DNA from: an uncultured Elusimicrobiaceae bacterium
GTDB lineage: Bacteria; Elusimicrobiota; Elusimicrobia; Elusimicrobiales; UBA9959
Length of the DNA stretch: 64,000 nucleotides
Reading direction: 5' to 3'
Assembly: GCA_964417965.1 (NCBI GenBank)
Contig: CAYQJX010000014.1
Coordinates: 50-64,049 of the forward strand
Numbering within the stretch: the stretch's first letter is position 1; each line of letters opens with the position of its first letter. Made by a program: the position numbers and the translations under genes. Positions 56,276-63,967 of the stretch are shown here, piece after piece. Below the pieces are notes generated by a model. That model was not told where the DNA came from. It saw only the letters and a program-made list of their open reading frames with translations, and did no database searches.

Positions 56276-57013
56276 ATGTCAGAAACAATGTTCATCTTCG
56301 GCGGGTGGGTGGCGGCGGGCCTGACCATCTTCCTGTTCAGCTTCCTCTACAAGGATAACCCGTTCTTCAAAGCGGCGGAGCACCTGTACCTCGGCGCGGG
56401 CATGGGCTGGGTGTTCCAGACCGTGCTCTTCCAGACCTGGATTCCCAAGGTCTGGGAGCCGCTGACCAAGAGCGGCGACTGGACGGTGCTGGTCCCGACC
56501 GTGCTCGGCCTGACGCTGGTGACGCAGTTCTTCCCCAAGATCTCGTGGATGTCGCGCTACGGCTTCACCTTCATCATGGGCTATGGTTCAGGCCTGGTGA
56601 TCCCGCTGACGATCTCCACCGACCTGCTCAAGCAGATCGGCGGCACGATGGCGCCCTTCATGGTCTCCGAGGTCACGCGCGGCAACATCTGGTCGCTGGT
56701 CAACGGCGGCATCATCGCGGTGGGCTTTATCTGCGTGCTGTTCTACTTCTTCTTCTCGGTAGAGCACAAGGGCGCCATAAAGAAGGCCTCGAATATCGGC
56801 ATCTACTTCCTGATGCTCTACTTCGGGGCGGCCTTCGGCAATACCGTCATGGGCCGCTTCTCGCTGCTCTACGGGCGTTTCGACGACCTGTACAAGTATT
56901 CGTCGCCCAAGTACTTCTACGCCACGCACATCATCCTGGGCGTAATGGTGCTCTACTTCATAGTGGACCACTTCCGCACGCGCAAGCCCGCGGTAGAGGA
57001 AGAAGCCGCTTAA
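56276..57013 (+). CDS. Uncharacterised polytopic membrane protein (module gene 4)
   Basis: 245 aa with ~7 TM segments. AGGAG Shine-Dalgarno upstream. Confidence 0.55.
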   Translation: MSETMFIFGGWVAAGLTIFLFSFLYKDNPFFKAAEHLYLGAGMGWVFQTVLFQTWIPKVWEPLTKSGDWTVLVPTVLGLTLVTQFFPKISWMSRYGFTFIMGYGSGLVIPLTISTDLLKQIGGTMAPFMVSEVTRGNIWSLVNGGIIAVGFICVLFYFFFSVEHKGAIKKASNIGIYFLMLYFGAAFGNTVMGRFSLLYGRFDDLYKYSSPKYFYATHIILGVMVLYFIVDHFRTRKPAVEEEAA

Positions 57014-57030
57014 GGCCGAAAGGCAAAAAG

Positions 57031-57063
57031 AAAGGCGGGCCGGTTATCCGGCCCGCCTTTTTT
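57031..57063. terminator. Bidirectional rho-independent terminator ending the nine-gene operon
   Basis: The aggcgggccgg-ttat-ccggcccgcct hairpin with an A-rich left flank and a T6 right flank. Confidence 0.8.
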
Positions 57064-57082
57064 GCGCCCCGCCGGCGGCTTT

Positions 57083-57940
57083 TTACTTTATTATCTCTAT
57101 CTTGGCTTTGGCCCTGAGCTCGGCGGCGAGTTCGGGCAGCTTCTGGGTTACCGCCTGGTTGAGCATGGCGGCCTTTATTTCCTCTTTTACCGCGGCGAAG
57201 TCCGCTTCCTTGCCGGGCCGGCGCTCTTCGGAGCGGAAGATGCTGTAGCCGTTGCCGGTGGTCAGGGGCTTGGTGAACTGGCCGGGCTGCAGGGCGAAGA
57301 TCTCCTTCTCTATCTCCGGGACCAGCATGCCTTTGGCGATGAACCCCAGGCTGCCGTTGTTCTTCTTGAGGTTGGCGTCGGAGGATTTCAGCGAGGACAG
57401 CTTGGCGAAGTCGGCGCCCACCGAGGTCAGCAGGTCGTAGGCGTCGTCGGCCTCGGCCTTGGTGTTAACGAAGATCTGGCTGAGCTTTACGGATTCCGGC
57501 GAGCCCAGGCGCTCTTTGTTCTTGTCGAAGAAGGCCCTGGCGTCCTCGTCGGTGACGGCCAGGCGGCCGGCGGTTATGACCGCGGACCGGATGAGCATCT
57601 GGCGGCGGATCAGGTCGCGCAGTTCTCCTTTAGACCAGCCTACGGACTTCAGGTTCTTCTCGAACTGGGCCTTGTCGGGGTAGTTGGCCTCCAGGCTGGT
57701 CAGCCGGGCGTCCACCTGCTTGGGGTCCGCTTTCAGGCCGAGGCGGGCGGCCTCTTCGAGCAGGAGCTTCTCGTCGATAAGCTCGGAAAGGCCCTGCGCG
57801 CTGTACTGCCACCACAGCTTCTTGGTGAGTTCCTCGGGCGCTATTTTAGTCCCGTTGACTACCGCTACGTTCTTTTCGGCCGCGTACAGGCCGGTGCCCA
57901 GCAGGGCCACGGCGGCGGCGGCTAATATGGTTCTTTTCAT
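57083..57940 (-). CDS. SurA/PrsA-like parvulin peptidyl-prolyl isomerase
   Basis: Signal peptide, a chaperone-like N-terminal domain, and a parvulin core (SQIFV...GSLGFI......FAL..G....P..T..GYSIF). Confidence 0.8.
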   Translation of the reverse strand: MKRTILAAAAVALLGTGLYAAEKNVAVVNGTKIAPEELTKKLWWQYSAQGLSELIDEKLLLEEAARLGLKADPKQVDARLTSLEANYPDKAQFEKNLKSVGWSKGELRDLIRRQMLIRSAVITAGRLAVTDEDARAFFDKNKERLGSPESVKLSQIFVNTKAEADDAYDLLTSVGADFAKLSSLKSSDANLKKNNGSLGFIAKGMLVPEIEKEIFALQPGQFTKPLTTGNGYSIFRSEERRPGKEADFAAVKEEIKAAMLNQAVTQKLPELAAELRAKAKIEIIK

Positions 57941-57953
57941 TTTTTTACCTCCG

Positions 57954-59033
57954 TTATTTCTTTACTAAAACTGTCTGCGTCGGGTAAGCCAGCTCGGCCC
58001 CGGCGGCGTGCAGGCCTTCCAGGACGCCCAGCAGGGTCTTCTCGTGGGCGGCCATATAGGCGTTGTAGTCCGGCTCGGTGAGGTAGTACACGGTCTCGAA
58101 TTCCAGCGCGTAGTCGCCGCAGTTGAAAAGGTTGCAGCGGTCGAACTCGGCCTTGGGCACGCCCTGTACCGCCTTTTTCATGAGCGCCGGTATCTTTTTT
58201 AGTATCTCCGGGCTGGTGCCGTAGACGATGCCGGTCTTGAAGACGACGCGGCGCTTGGTGAGGTCCTTGTAGTTGCGGATGCGCGAGCCCAGCAGGTTGG
58301 AATTGGAGACTACCACCATCTCGCCGGAGATGCTGCGGATGCGGGTGGACTTCAGGCCCACGTGCTCTATGGTGCCGGAGACGGCGTCGGAGACTATGAA
58401 GTCGCCTATGGCGAACGGTTTGTCGAGCAGGATGACGAAGAAGTTGAACAGGTCGCCGAGGATGGCCTGCGCGGCGAGGGCCACGGCGACGCCGCCGATG
58501 CCGAGGCCGGTGAGGACGGCGGAGATGTTGACGCCCAGGTTGTCGAGCACGAACAGGACGGCGGCGACCCAGACGAGGGTGCGCAGGATGACCTGGGTGC
58601 TCTTGACCACGGAGTTCTTGGCCTGGCCGTCGAGCTCGCGGCCGGCGGCGACCTTGTTGATCCAGTAGGTGAGCAGGTCCTGGGCGATGGTGATGGCGCG
58701 GTAGGTGAAGACCACCAGTAGGAGGACCTTGAAGGCTTTGTCGAAGGCCGCGCCGCGCTGCAGGTAGCGGGTGGCCACGAAGAGGGCGACGAGCTGGTAC
58801 TCGAACCAGCGGAACTTCTCTATGAGGGCGATGACGAGGTCGTCGAGGTCCGTCTCCGTCTTAAGGGCCAGGGCCTTGAGCCGGTTGATGCCGATGTTCT
58901 TTACGATATAGAGCAGAGCGAGCGCGGCGCAGAACGCCGCCAGCGCCAGCCCGTAGCCGGTGGGCGTATTCCCCAGTATAAGCGTAGTGTCAGCCCAGTT
59001 GGAAAAAGCCCCGCTATTAAAAGCTATGTTCAT
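57954..59033 (-). CDS. MscS-family mechanosensitive channel
   Basis: 359 aa with N-terminal TM helices. The pore-helix/beta-domain signature GIGGVAVALAAQ...PF.IGD.I...G.V...G...T.IR. Confidence 0.85.
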   Translation of the reverse strand: MNIAFNSGAFSNWADTTLILGNTPTGYGLALAAFCAALALLYIVKNIGINRLKALALKTETDLDDLVIALIEKFRWFEYQLVALFVATRYLQRGAAFDKAFKVLLLVVFTYRAITIAQDLLTYWINKVAAGRELDGQAKNSVVKSTQVILRTLVWVAAVLFVLDNLGVNISAVLTGLGIGGVAVALAAQAILGDLFNFFVILLDKPFAIGDFIVSDAVSGTIEHVGLKSTRIRSISGEMVVVSNSNLLGSRIRNYKDLTKRRVVFKTGIVYGTSPEILKKIPALMKKAVQGVPKAEFDRCNLFNCGDYALEFETVYYLTEPDYNAYMAAHEKTLLGVLEGLHAAGAELAYPTQTVLVKK

Positions 59034-59039
59034 CCCCTA

Positions 59040-59045
59040 ATTATA
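59040..59045 (-). promoter_or_regulatory. -10 box TATAAT placed 6 nt before the ATG
   Basis: The sense strand reads TTTTT-TATAAT-TAGGGG-ATG(59033). Confidence 0.45.
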
Positions 59046-59172
59046 AAAAATTAGCGCCTCCTAATGAAACCTCAATATCGACGGGTGCCGGGCCGGGGCA
59101 GGTTCCCCGCTCCTGGCTGACCGCAGGAAAACCGTTGCGCGGTTTTCAACGTCTATGTAGTTAGTGTGACAT

Positions 59173-59309
59173 GCGGCCTGGCAAGGGTATGGGTTCGGCG
59201 GGCCCTCCCGGAGCCCCGAGCTTGCGTAAGCGCGAGGGGCGAGGGAGGAGGGGCGGGCACGGTGTGTCCCGACCCCGTGCCCGACGGGCCCATACCCTTG
59301 CCAGGCCGC
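59173..59309. repeat. Structured ~140-nt intergenic element, copy B
   Basis: Perfect 21-bp outer stem: gcggcctggcaagggtatggg (59173-59193) pairs with cccatacccttgccaggccgc (59289-59309). Inner gcttgcgtaagc hairpin and gggcacggtgtg motif lie in the same order as copy A. Confidence 0.75.
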
Positions 59310-59323
59310 GGAGCGGGTATAAA

Positions 59324-59353
59324 CAAAAAAGCCGGCTTGGGGGCCGGCTTCTT
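59324..59353 (-). terminator. Rho-independent terminator after the pilin-like cassette
   Basis: The agccggc/gccggct hairpin is followed on the minus strand by T6. Confidence 0.65.
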
Positions 59354-59371
59354 TGTGGCAGGGGTTACTGG

Positions 59372-59407
59372 TTACTTGTAGTGGCGGCGGAGTTTGGCTT
59401 TGTCCAC
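59372..59407 (-). pseudogene. Orphan 3' fragment of the nuoI-like gene
   Basis: Encodes VDKAKLRRHYK-stop. This matches the last 10 of the 11 codons at the end of the intact gene at 60875 (TDKAKLRRHYK-stop). Confidence 0.75.
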
Positions 59408-59433
59408 CTGGGCGGGCCGCAAATTCTTTGCCT

Positions 59434-60300
59434 CTACCCGGGGAGGACCGTCACGGAATCGAACTCCGCTCTGGTGCTGTCCCACGTTCGCAGTCCGGCG
59501 CTGCCGGAGGTGAAGGTGGAATCAGTGAGGGTCAGCATTTTCACTCCGTCCACGTAGATGGTCTGCGCGCTGCCGGATACGGTTATCTGTATCTGGTGCT
59601 GGGTATTGTAAATAGGGAATCCGGCCGGGATCTTTGTGACCGCGATCGGGGAACTTTCGGTCCCGTTCACCACCTTTCTTACGAGGAAAGCCCCGCCGCT
59701 GCCCCAGCCTGGGTCGTACTGGAAACAATAGCCGCTGATGGCGCTTTTGCCGTCGGCCCGGTAATACACGCCATAACCGCTGCCGGTGGTTAAATTGGCG
59801 TTAAGAGATATCGAGTAATCTGTCCATGTGTCGTCTCCGAAAGAAAGGCGAGACTCCATGGAGGCTAAGCTTTGAAGGATACCGCCTGCCGTTACCCATT
59901 TTCCTGAAAGGACTTTAAGCATGCTCATGGAACTGAAATCCGAACTAAAGAGCGGGGTGGGGCCGCTGGGGTTGGAGAAAGGCCAGTAGTGGACGCTGCA
60001 GCCGACGATAGCCGCGGAGGTGGAAACCCAGACGTAAGTGCCGCCCGCCGTACAATAAGGGCTCCTGTCTATGTATTTGCTGTCTTTGAGCTCTTCAATG
60101 GAGGCGGCGGGGGTGTTGTTGTGTTCTATGCGGTAGCGCATTTCAGCGCTCTGTATCTCCTGGCGGTTGGCGTCGCATTGCGCTGTTTTTGATTTGGCTA
60201 TGGCAGTGCGTATTCTTGGGATGGCGGAAGTGGCAAGGATGGAAGCTATCGCTACCGTTACCATAAGCTCCATGAGCATGAAAGCCGGCCTGCGGTTCAT
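59434..60300 (-). CDS. Prepilin-type N-terminal domain protein fused to a LamG/DUF1080-like lectin domain
   Basis: The N-terminus MNRRPA-FMLMELMVTVAIASILA is a class III signal with Glu at +5. The C-terminal ~170 aa have a jelly-roll pattern (GKW...W.DY......GYGVYYRA...GYCFQYDPG). Confidence 0.7.
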   Translation of the reverse strand: MNRRPAFMLMELMVTVAIASILATSAIPRIRTAIAKSKTAQCDANRQEIQSAEMRYRIEHNNTPAASIEELKDSKYIDRSPYCTAGGTYVWVSTSAAIVGCSVHYWPFSNPSGPTPLFSSDFSSMSMLKVLSGKWVTAGGILQSLASMESRLSFGDDTWTDYSISLNANLTTGSGYGVYYRADGKSAISGYCFQYDPGWGSGGAFLVRKVVNGTESSPIAVTKIPAGFPIYNTQHQIQITVSGSAQTIYVDGVKMLTLTDSTFTSGSAGLRTWDSTRAEFDSVTVLPG

Positions 60301-60749
60301 TTGTCCCTCCTTGCTGCCACGCCTTTGTCCGGGGAGAAATAAAGCGCGGTTAAGCCGTGCTTTTCAGGAGAAGGACACTGAATCGTCTGTCCTTCTGCTT
60401 TGTAGGGGAGGCCGGAAACCGGGCAGGCCCCGGCCTTTCCCGAGGCCCCCGCCGCCTTCCAGAGGGCCGCTATACATTTTTCCGTGCCGCCGTCGGTGTC
60501 GTAAACGCCGAAACGCACCTGTCTCTCCGGCTGGAGGGCGCTCTTCAGTTCGGGAAAGGCGGAGTAAACGGATACTGCGGCTGCGGCTATTATGGCCAGC
60601 TGGGCTGTCAGTACCAGACGCGGGTGCCGTTTTAAAAACGGGACCCGGGCCACAGGGAGGGCCGCGGGCGGCTTCGCCGCCTGCTCCTTTGCCTGTGTCT
60701 CCAGGAATTCCCGGAGTTCATCCATGGGTTCTTTGTCTTTCTCGTCCAT
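60297..60749 (-). CDS. Small membrane-anchored hypothetical protein with four Cys
   Basis: 150 aa with a GGGAGGG Shine-Dalgarno and one TM helix. 4-nt overlap (ATGA) with the pilin-like gene. Confidence 0.45.
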   Translation of the reverse strand: MDEKDKEPMDELREFLETQAKEQAAKPPAALPVARVPFLKRHPRLVLTAQLAIIAAAAVSVYSAFPELKSALQPERQVRFGVYDTDGGTEKCIAALWKAAGASGKAGACPVSGLPYKAEGQTIQCPSPEKHGLTALYFSPDKGVAARRDK

Positions 60750-60824
60750 AAATATGCGGTCCCTCCCGCGCCCGGCGCCAGGCTACATTCTAATATATTC
60801 CCCCCCGGTTCGGGAGAGCTGCCG

Positions 60825-60860
60825 CAAAAAAGCCGGCTTGGGGGCCGGCTTTTTTGTTTG
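60825..60860 (-). terminator. Rho-independent terminator after the hydrogenase operon
   Basis: The same hairpin as at 59324, flanked by an A6 run and T6GTTT. Confidence 0.65.
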
Positions 60861-60916
60861 GTTTGGAATTCCGCTTATTTGTAGTGGCGGCGGAGTTTGG
60901 CTTTGTCGGTCTGGGC
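60825..60916. repeat. Direct repeat, copy 2 (native terminator and 3' end of the 4Fe-4S gene)
   Basis: See copy 1. The two copies start 1501 bp apart. Confidence 0.85.
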
Positions 60917-61276
60917 CAGTTCGTAGTCCTGGGTCATGATCAGGGCCTTCTTGGGGCAGATCTCTACGCACTGGGCGCAGTACACGCAGTGGTCGAGCTT
61001 CATGATGCAGTCGAACTTCTTCTTGGCCGCCACGGCGGGCTGGCCTTCCACCTGGGCCGGCGCCGGCGGCTGGTGCTCGTCGAGCGGTATCTCTATGGCC
61101 TTCGACGGGCAGACGCGCACGCACATCTGGCAGCCTATGCACTTCGACGAGTCGAAGTCTATGCGGCCGCGGAAATTAGGGAAGATGTGGGCCTTTTCAA
61201 AAGGATAGGCGATCGTGGCCGGCTTCTTGAAAAGGTGCTTTATAACTTCGCTGAAGACTCTTGCGGGTTTTTTCAT
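60875..61276 (-). CDS. 2x[4Fe-4S] ferredoxin subunit (NuoI/EchF/HycF-like)
   Basis: Two CxxCxxCxxxCP motifs (CIGCQMCVRVCP; CVYCAQCVEICP) separated by a Pro/Ala-rich insert. Confidence 0.8.
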   Translation of the reverse strand: MKKPARVFSEVIKHLFKKPATIAYPFEKAHIFPNFRGRIDFDSSKCIGCQMCVRVCPSKAIEIPLDEHQPPAPAQVEGQPAVAAKKKFDCIMKLDHCVYCAQCVEICPKKALIMTQDYELAQTDKAKLRRHYK

Positions 61277-61280
61277 GGAG

Positions 61281-62222
61281 TTATCCTAATTTGTATTTGA
61301 GGAAGATGTCGAAGACCAGCTGGGCCATGGCCACCGGGGCCAGGTATTTCCAGCAGAAATTGATCATCTGCTCTATGCGGATACGGGCCATCAGCACCTT
61401 CAGCAGCGCCAGCAGGAAGGTGATGAACAGCGTCTTGGCCAGGAACAGGGCTATGGCCGCGGGGCCCGTCAGGCCCAGCGCACCGCCGAGGAACACCGCG
61501 TTAAGCAGCGCCGCCCCGACCACCATCTCCATATCCACGGCCAGCAGGAAGAAGTCCAGCAGGCGGCCGGAATACTCGGTGAACTGCCCGCCCACGATCT
61601 CGTTCTTGGCGTGCGGGATGTCGAAAGGCATGCGCTCGAGTTTCCCCTGCAGCGCTATCAGCGCCGCCAGGAAGCCCAGCAGCTGCGCCGGGATCAGCAC
61701 CGGGTGCGCCGCGTAGAAAGCGGAGATCTCGGTGATGTTCCAGGTGCCGGCCAGTATCGCCGGGCCGATCAGGGAGAGCATCAGCGGCACCTCGTAGGCG
61801 AACAACTGCGTCAGCACGCGCATGGCGCCCACGGTGGAATACGGGCTCGAAGAGCTCCAGCCGGCCAGGAAGAAGGTCACCGTCGGGATGGTCAGCAGGT
61901 AGATCACGGCTATCAGGTCGCCCTGGAAGCCGTACACGGCCGTGCCCCAGACCGGGATCGAAAGCAGCGCCGTAATTATGGCCGCCATCGCGAAGAAAGG
62001 CAGCACGCGGAACATCCGCGTATTCGCCTCGTCCGGCACGATAACTTCCTTGGCCAGCAGCTTTATGAAGTCGGCGTAGCCCTGGAACCACGGGGGGCCC
62101 ATGCGGTTCTGCATCACCGCGCAGAGCTTCCGGTCCACCCACTGGAGGAACAGGCCGTACACGGCCAGGAACAGGAAGCCCGGGAAGATCAAGAGGTAAG
62201 CGAGGGGTGTTATTAATTCCAT
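61281..62222 (-). CDS. Membrane subunit (NuoH/EchB/HycD-like)
   Basis: 313 aa with 8 TM segments. RK..A..Q.R.GP motif (DRKLCAVMQNRMGP). EY..G and PFD...E-type motifs. Confidence 0.85.
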   Translation of the reverse strand: MELITPLAYLLIFPGFLFLAVYGLFLQWVDRKLCAVMQNRMGPPWFQGYADFIKLLAKEVIVPDEANTRMFRVLPFFAMAAIITALLSIPVWGTAVYGFQGDLIAVIYLLTIPTVTFFLAGWSSSSPYSTVGAMRVLTQLFAYEVPLMLSLIGPAILAGTWNITEISAFYAAHPVLIPAQLLGFLAALIALQGKLERMPFDIPHAKNEIVGGQFTEYSGRLLDFFLLAVDMEMVVGAALLNAVFLGGALGLTGPAAIALFLAKTLFITFLLALLKVLMARIRIEQMINFCWKYLAPVAMAQLVFDIFLKYKLG

Positions 62223-62236
62223 TTGTTATCCTTATC

Positions 62237-62262
62237 TGGATCCCGGCTTTCGCCGGGATGAC
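62237..62262. repeat. REP-like hairpin unit inside the hydrogenase operon
   Basis: tggatcccggctttcgccgggatgac is identical to 15464-15489. It fills most of the 41-nt gap between two subunit genes. Confidence 0.8.
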
Positions 62263-62263
62263 G

Positions 62264-63457
62264 TTAAAGCCTGGTGAAATCGACGCCGCGGCGCTTGTAC
62301 TGCTCTATGCTCAGCTTGCGCAGGTCTTCCCAGCTGTACACCTCGGTCTTGCCCTTTTTGGGGTTCCAGACCGCGGCGCGGTCCGTGCAGGACATGCACG
62401 GGTCTATGGCCGCTATCACCAGCGGCACGTCGGCCAGCCAGCCGCCTTCCAGCATGTACTGCACGCTCTGCAGGTTGGCCAGGGTTGGGGCGCGCACCTT
62501 CAGGCGCTCGGGCTTGTCGGTGCCGTTGGACTTAAGGTAATGGATGTCTTCGCCGCGGGGCGCCTCGTAATGGTTGACGCACTCGCCGGGGGCGATGCGC
62601 ATGTTCACCTTCACGGCGATCGGGCCTTCGGGCAGGTCGTTAAGCACCTGCTTGATCATCTTGTAGGACTCTACCAGCTCCAGCGCGCGCACGACCAGGC
62701 GGCCGAACACGTCGTTGGTGTTGTGCGTGATGAGCTTGAAGTCGAGCTCGTTGTAGATCAGGTAGGGCTCGTCCTTGCGCACGTCGCGGGCCAGGCCGGA
62801 GGCGCGGGCGGTGGGCCCCACGGCGCCGCGCTCTATGGCCACGTCCAGCGGCAGCTTGCCCACGTTGGCGGTCCGGGCGGCCACGGTGGGCTCCTCGAGG
62901 GCCAGCTTGATGTAATAGTTGGTGCGCTCGATGAGGTAGTTGATGCGCTGCACCACGCCGGCTTTCTGCTCCGGGGTGATGTCGCGGCGCACGCCGCCTA
63001 TGGTGTTGATGGAATAGTGCACGCGGTTGCCAGAGAGCATCTCCAGGCAGTCCAGCACCTGCTCGCGGTCGCGCCAGGTGTACATGAACAGCGTTTCGAA
63101 GCCCATCTCGTAGCCGGCCACGCCCAGCCACAGCAGGTGGCTGTGCACGCGCTCCAGCTCGGCGAAGAGCGTGCGGATGGCAAGGGCCCGCTTGGGGGTC
63201 TCGCACTTGGCCAGCTCTTCCACGTTGGTGATGTAGGTGGTGGTGTGGGAGTGGGAGCAGATGCCGCAGACGCGCTCGATGAGGTAGAGGTTCTGGAGGT
63301 AGGTGCGGCCTTCGGCGGCCTTCTCCATGCCGCGGTGGTTATAGCCGAGGTTCACGGTGGCGCCGGAGATCTGCTCGCCTTCGAGCACGAGCATGAAGTT
63401 CTCGGGCTCCTTCAGGGCGGGGTGCTGGGGGCCCAGCGGGATGGTTATCTTGGACAT
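62264..63457 (-). CDS. Group 4 [NiFe]-hydrogenase large subunit (EchE/HycE/NuoD-like)
   Basis: 397 aa. Retains both metal-ligand motifs: RVCGICSHSH (Cys64/Cys67) and DPCMSCTDR (Cys354/Cys357). 37 residues follow the second motif. Confidence 0.8.
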   Translation of the reverse strand: MSKITIPLGPQHPALKEPENFMLVLEGEQISGATVNLGYNHRGMEKAAEGRTYLQNLYLIERVCGICSHSHTTTYITNVEELAKCETPKRALAIRTLFAELERVHSHLLWLGVAGYEMGFETLFMYTWRDREQVLDCLEMLSGNRVHYSINTIGGVRRDITPEQKAGVVQRINYLIERTNYYIKLALEEPTVAARTANVGKLPLDVAIERGAVGPTARASGLARDVRKDEPYLIYNELDFKLITHNTNDVFGRLVVRALELVESYKMIKQVLNDLPEGPIAVKVNMRIAPGECVNHYEAPRGEDIHYLKSNGTDKPERLKVRAPTLANLQSVQYMLEGGWLADVPLVIAAIDPCMSCTDRAAVWNPKKGKTEVYSWEDLRKLSIEQYKRRGVDFTRL

Positions 63458-63458
63458 G

Positions 63459-63953
63459 TTATTTGGCCTCCGTCTTGGGGAAAAGCGGGTTCTTGGCGAG
63501 GTACTCCTCCGTCTTCCAGTCCTTGCGGAGCGGGTACTGGTCGGTCGGGAACTCCTCGTCCAGGGGGTAGCGGCGGCCGGGCGGCAGGCCCTGCACCTTT
63601 ATGCCCAGCATGTCTTCGAGCTCGCGCTCGTAGGACAGGGCGCCGGGAAAGGTCTTCAGGATGGACGGGATGGACGGGTTGGCGCGCGGGGTCTTCACCT
63701 TCACGGTGACGATGAGCTTGGTGTCGGTGGCGTGGTAGTAGGCCCCGAGGTTCTCCCCCTCGTCGAAACCGGTCACGGTGGCGAGGTGGTCGAAGCTGTT
63801 GGCCTTCAGCCAGGCCATCAGCTCGGGCAGCTTCTCCGTGGTGACGTCCAGCCACACGCGGTTCTTGCGCTGCACCAGGGCGTTGGAGACGGCCCCGCCG
63901 AACTTGGCCTCTATGTCGGCCTTGATCTTTTCTTCTCTGGGAAAATCGCTCAT
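63459..63953 (-). CDS. NuoC/EchD-like 30-kDa-type subunit
   Basis: 164 aa. ERE..DM.GI motif (YERELEDMLGIKV) and P.RKD. Confidence 0.8.
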   Translation of the reverse strand: MSDFPREEKIKADIEAKFGGAVSNALVQRKNRVWLDVTTEKLPELMAWLKANSFDHLATVTGFDEGENLGAYYHATDTKLIVTVKVKTPRANPSIPSILKTFPGALSYERELEDMLGIKVQGLPPGRRYPLDEEFPTDQYPLRKDWKTEEYLAKNPLFPKTEAK

Positions 63954-63967
63954 GGTAGGCTCCTTGA

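Larger units (their letters stand above)
59324..59413. repeat. Direct repeat, copy 1 (terminator hairpin + 3' end of the hydrogenase 4Fe-4S gene)
   Basis: caaaaaagccggcttgggggccggctt (59324-59350) is identical to 60825-60851. ttgtagtggcggcggagtttggctttgtc (59376-59404) is identical to 60879-60907. The spacer between them has diverged. Confidence 0.85.

Noticed and set aside
60875-63953. Reading the nuoC/D/H/I-like genes as respiratory complex I
   Set aside because: The large subunit retains both CxxC Ni-Fe ligand motifs and the operon layout matches group 4 hydrogenases. No complex-I-specific NuoE/F/G genes are visible in the available sequence.
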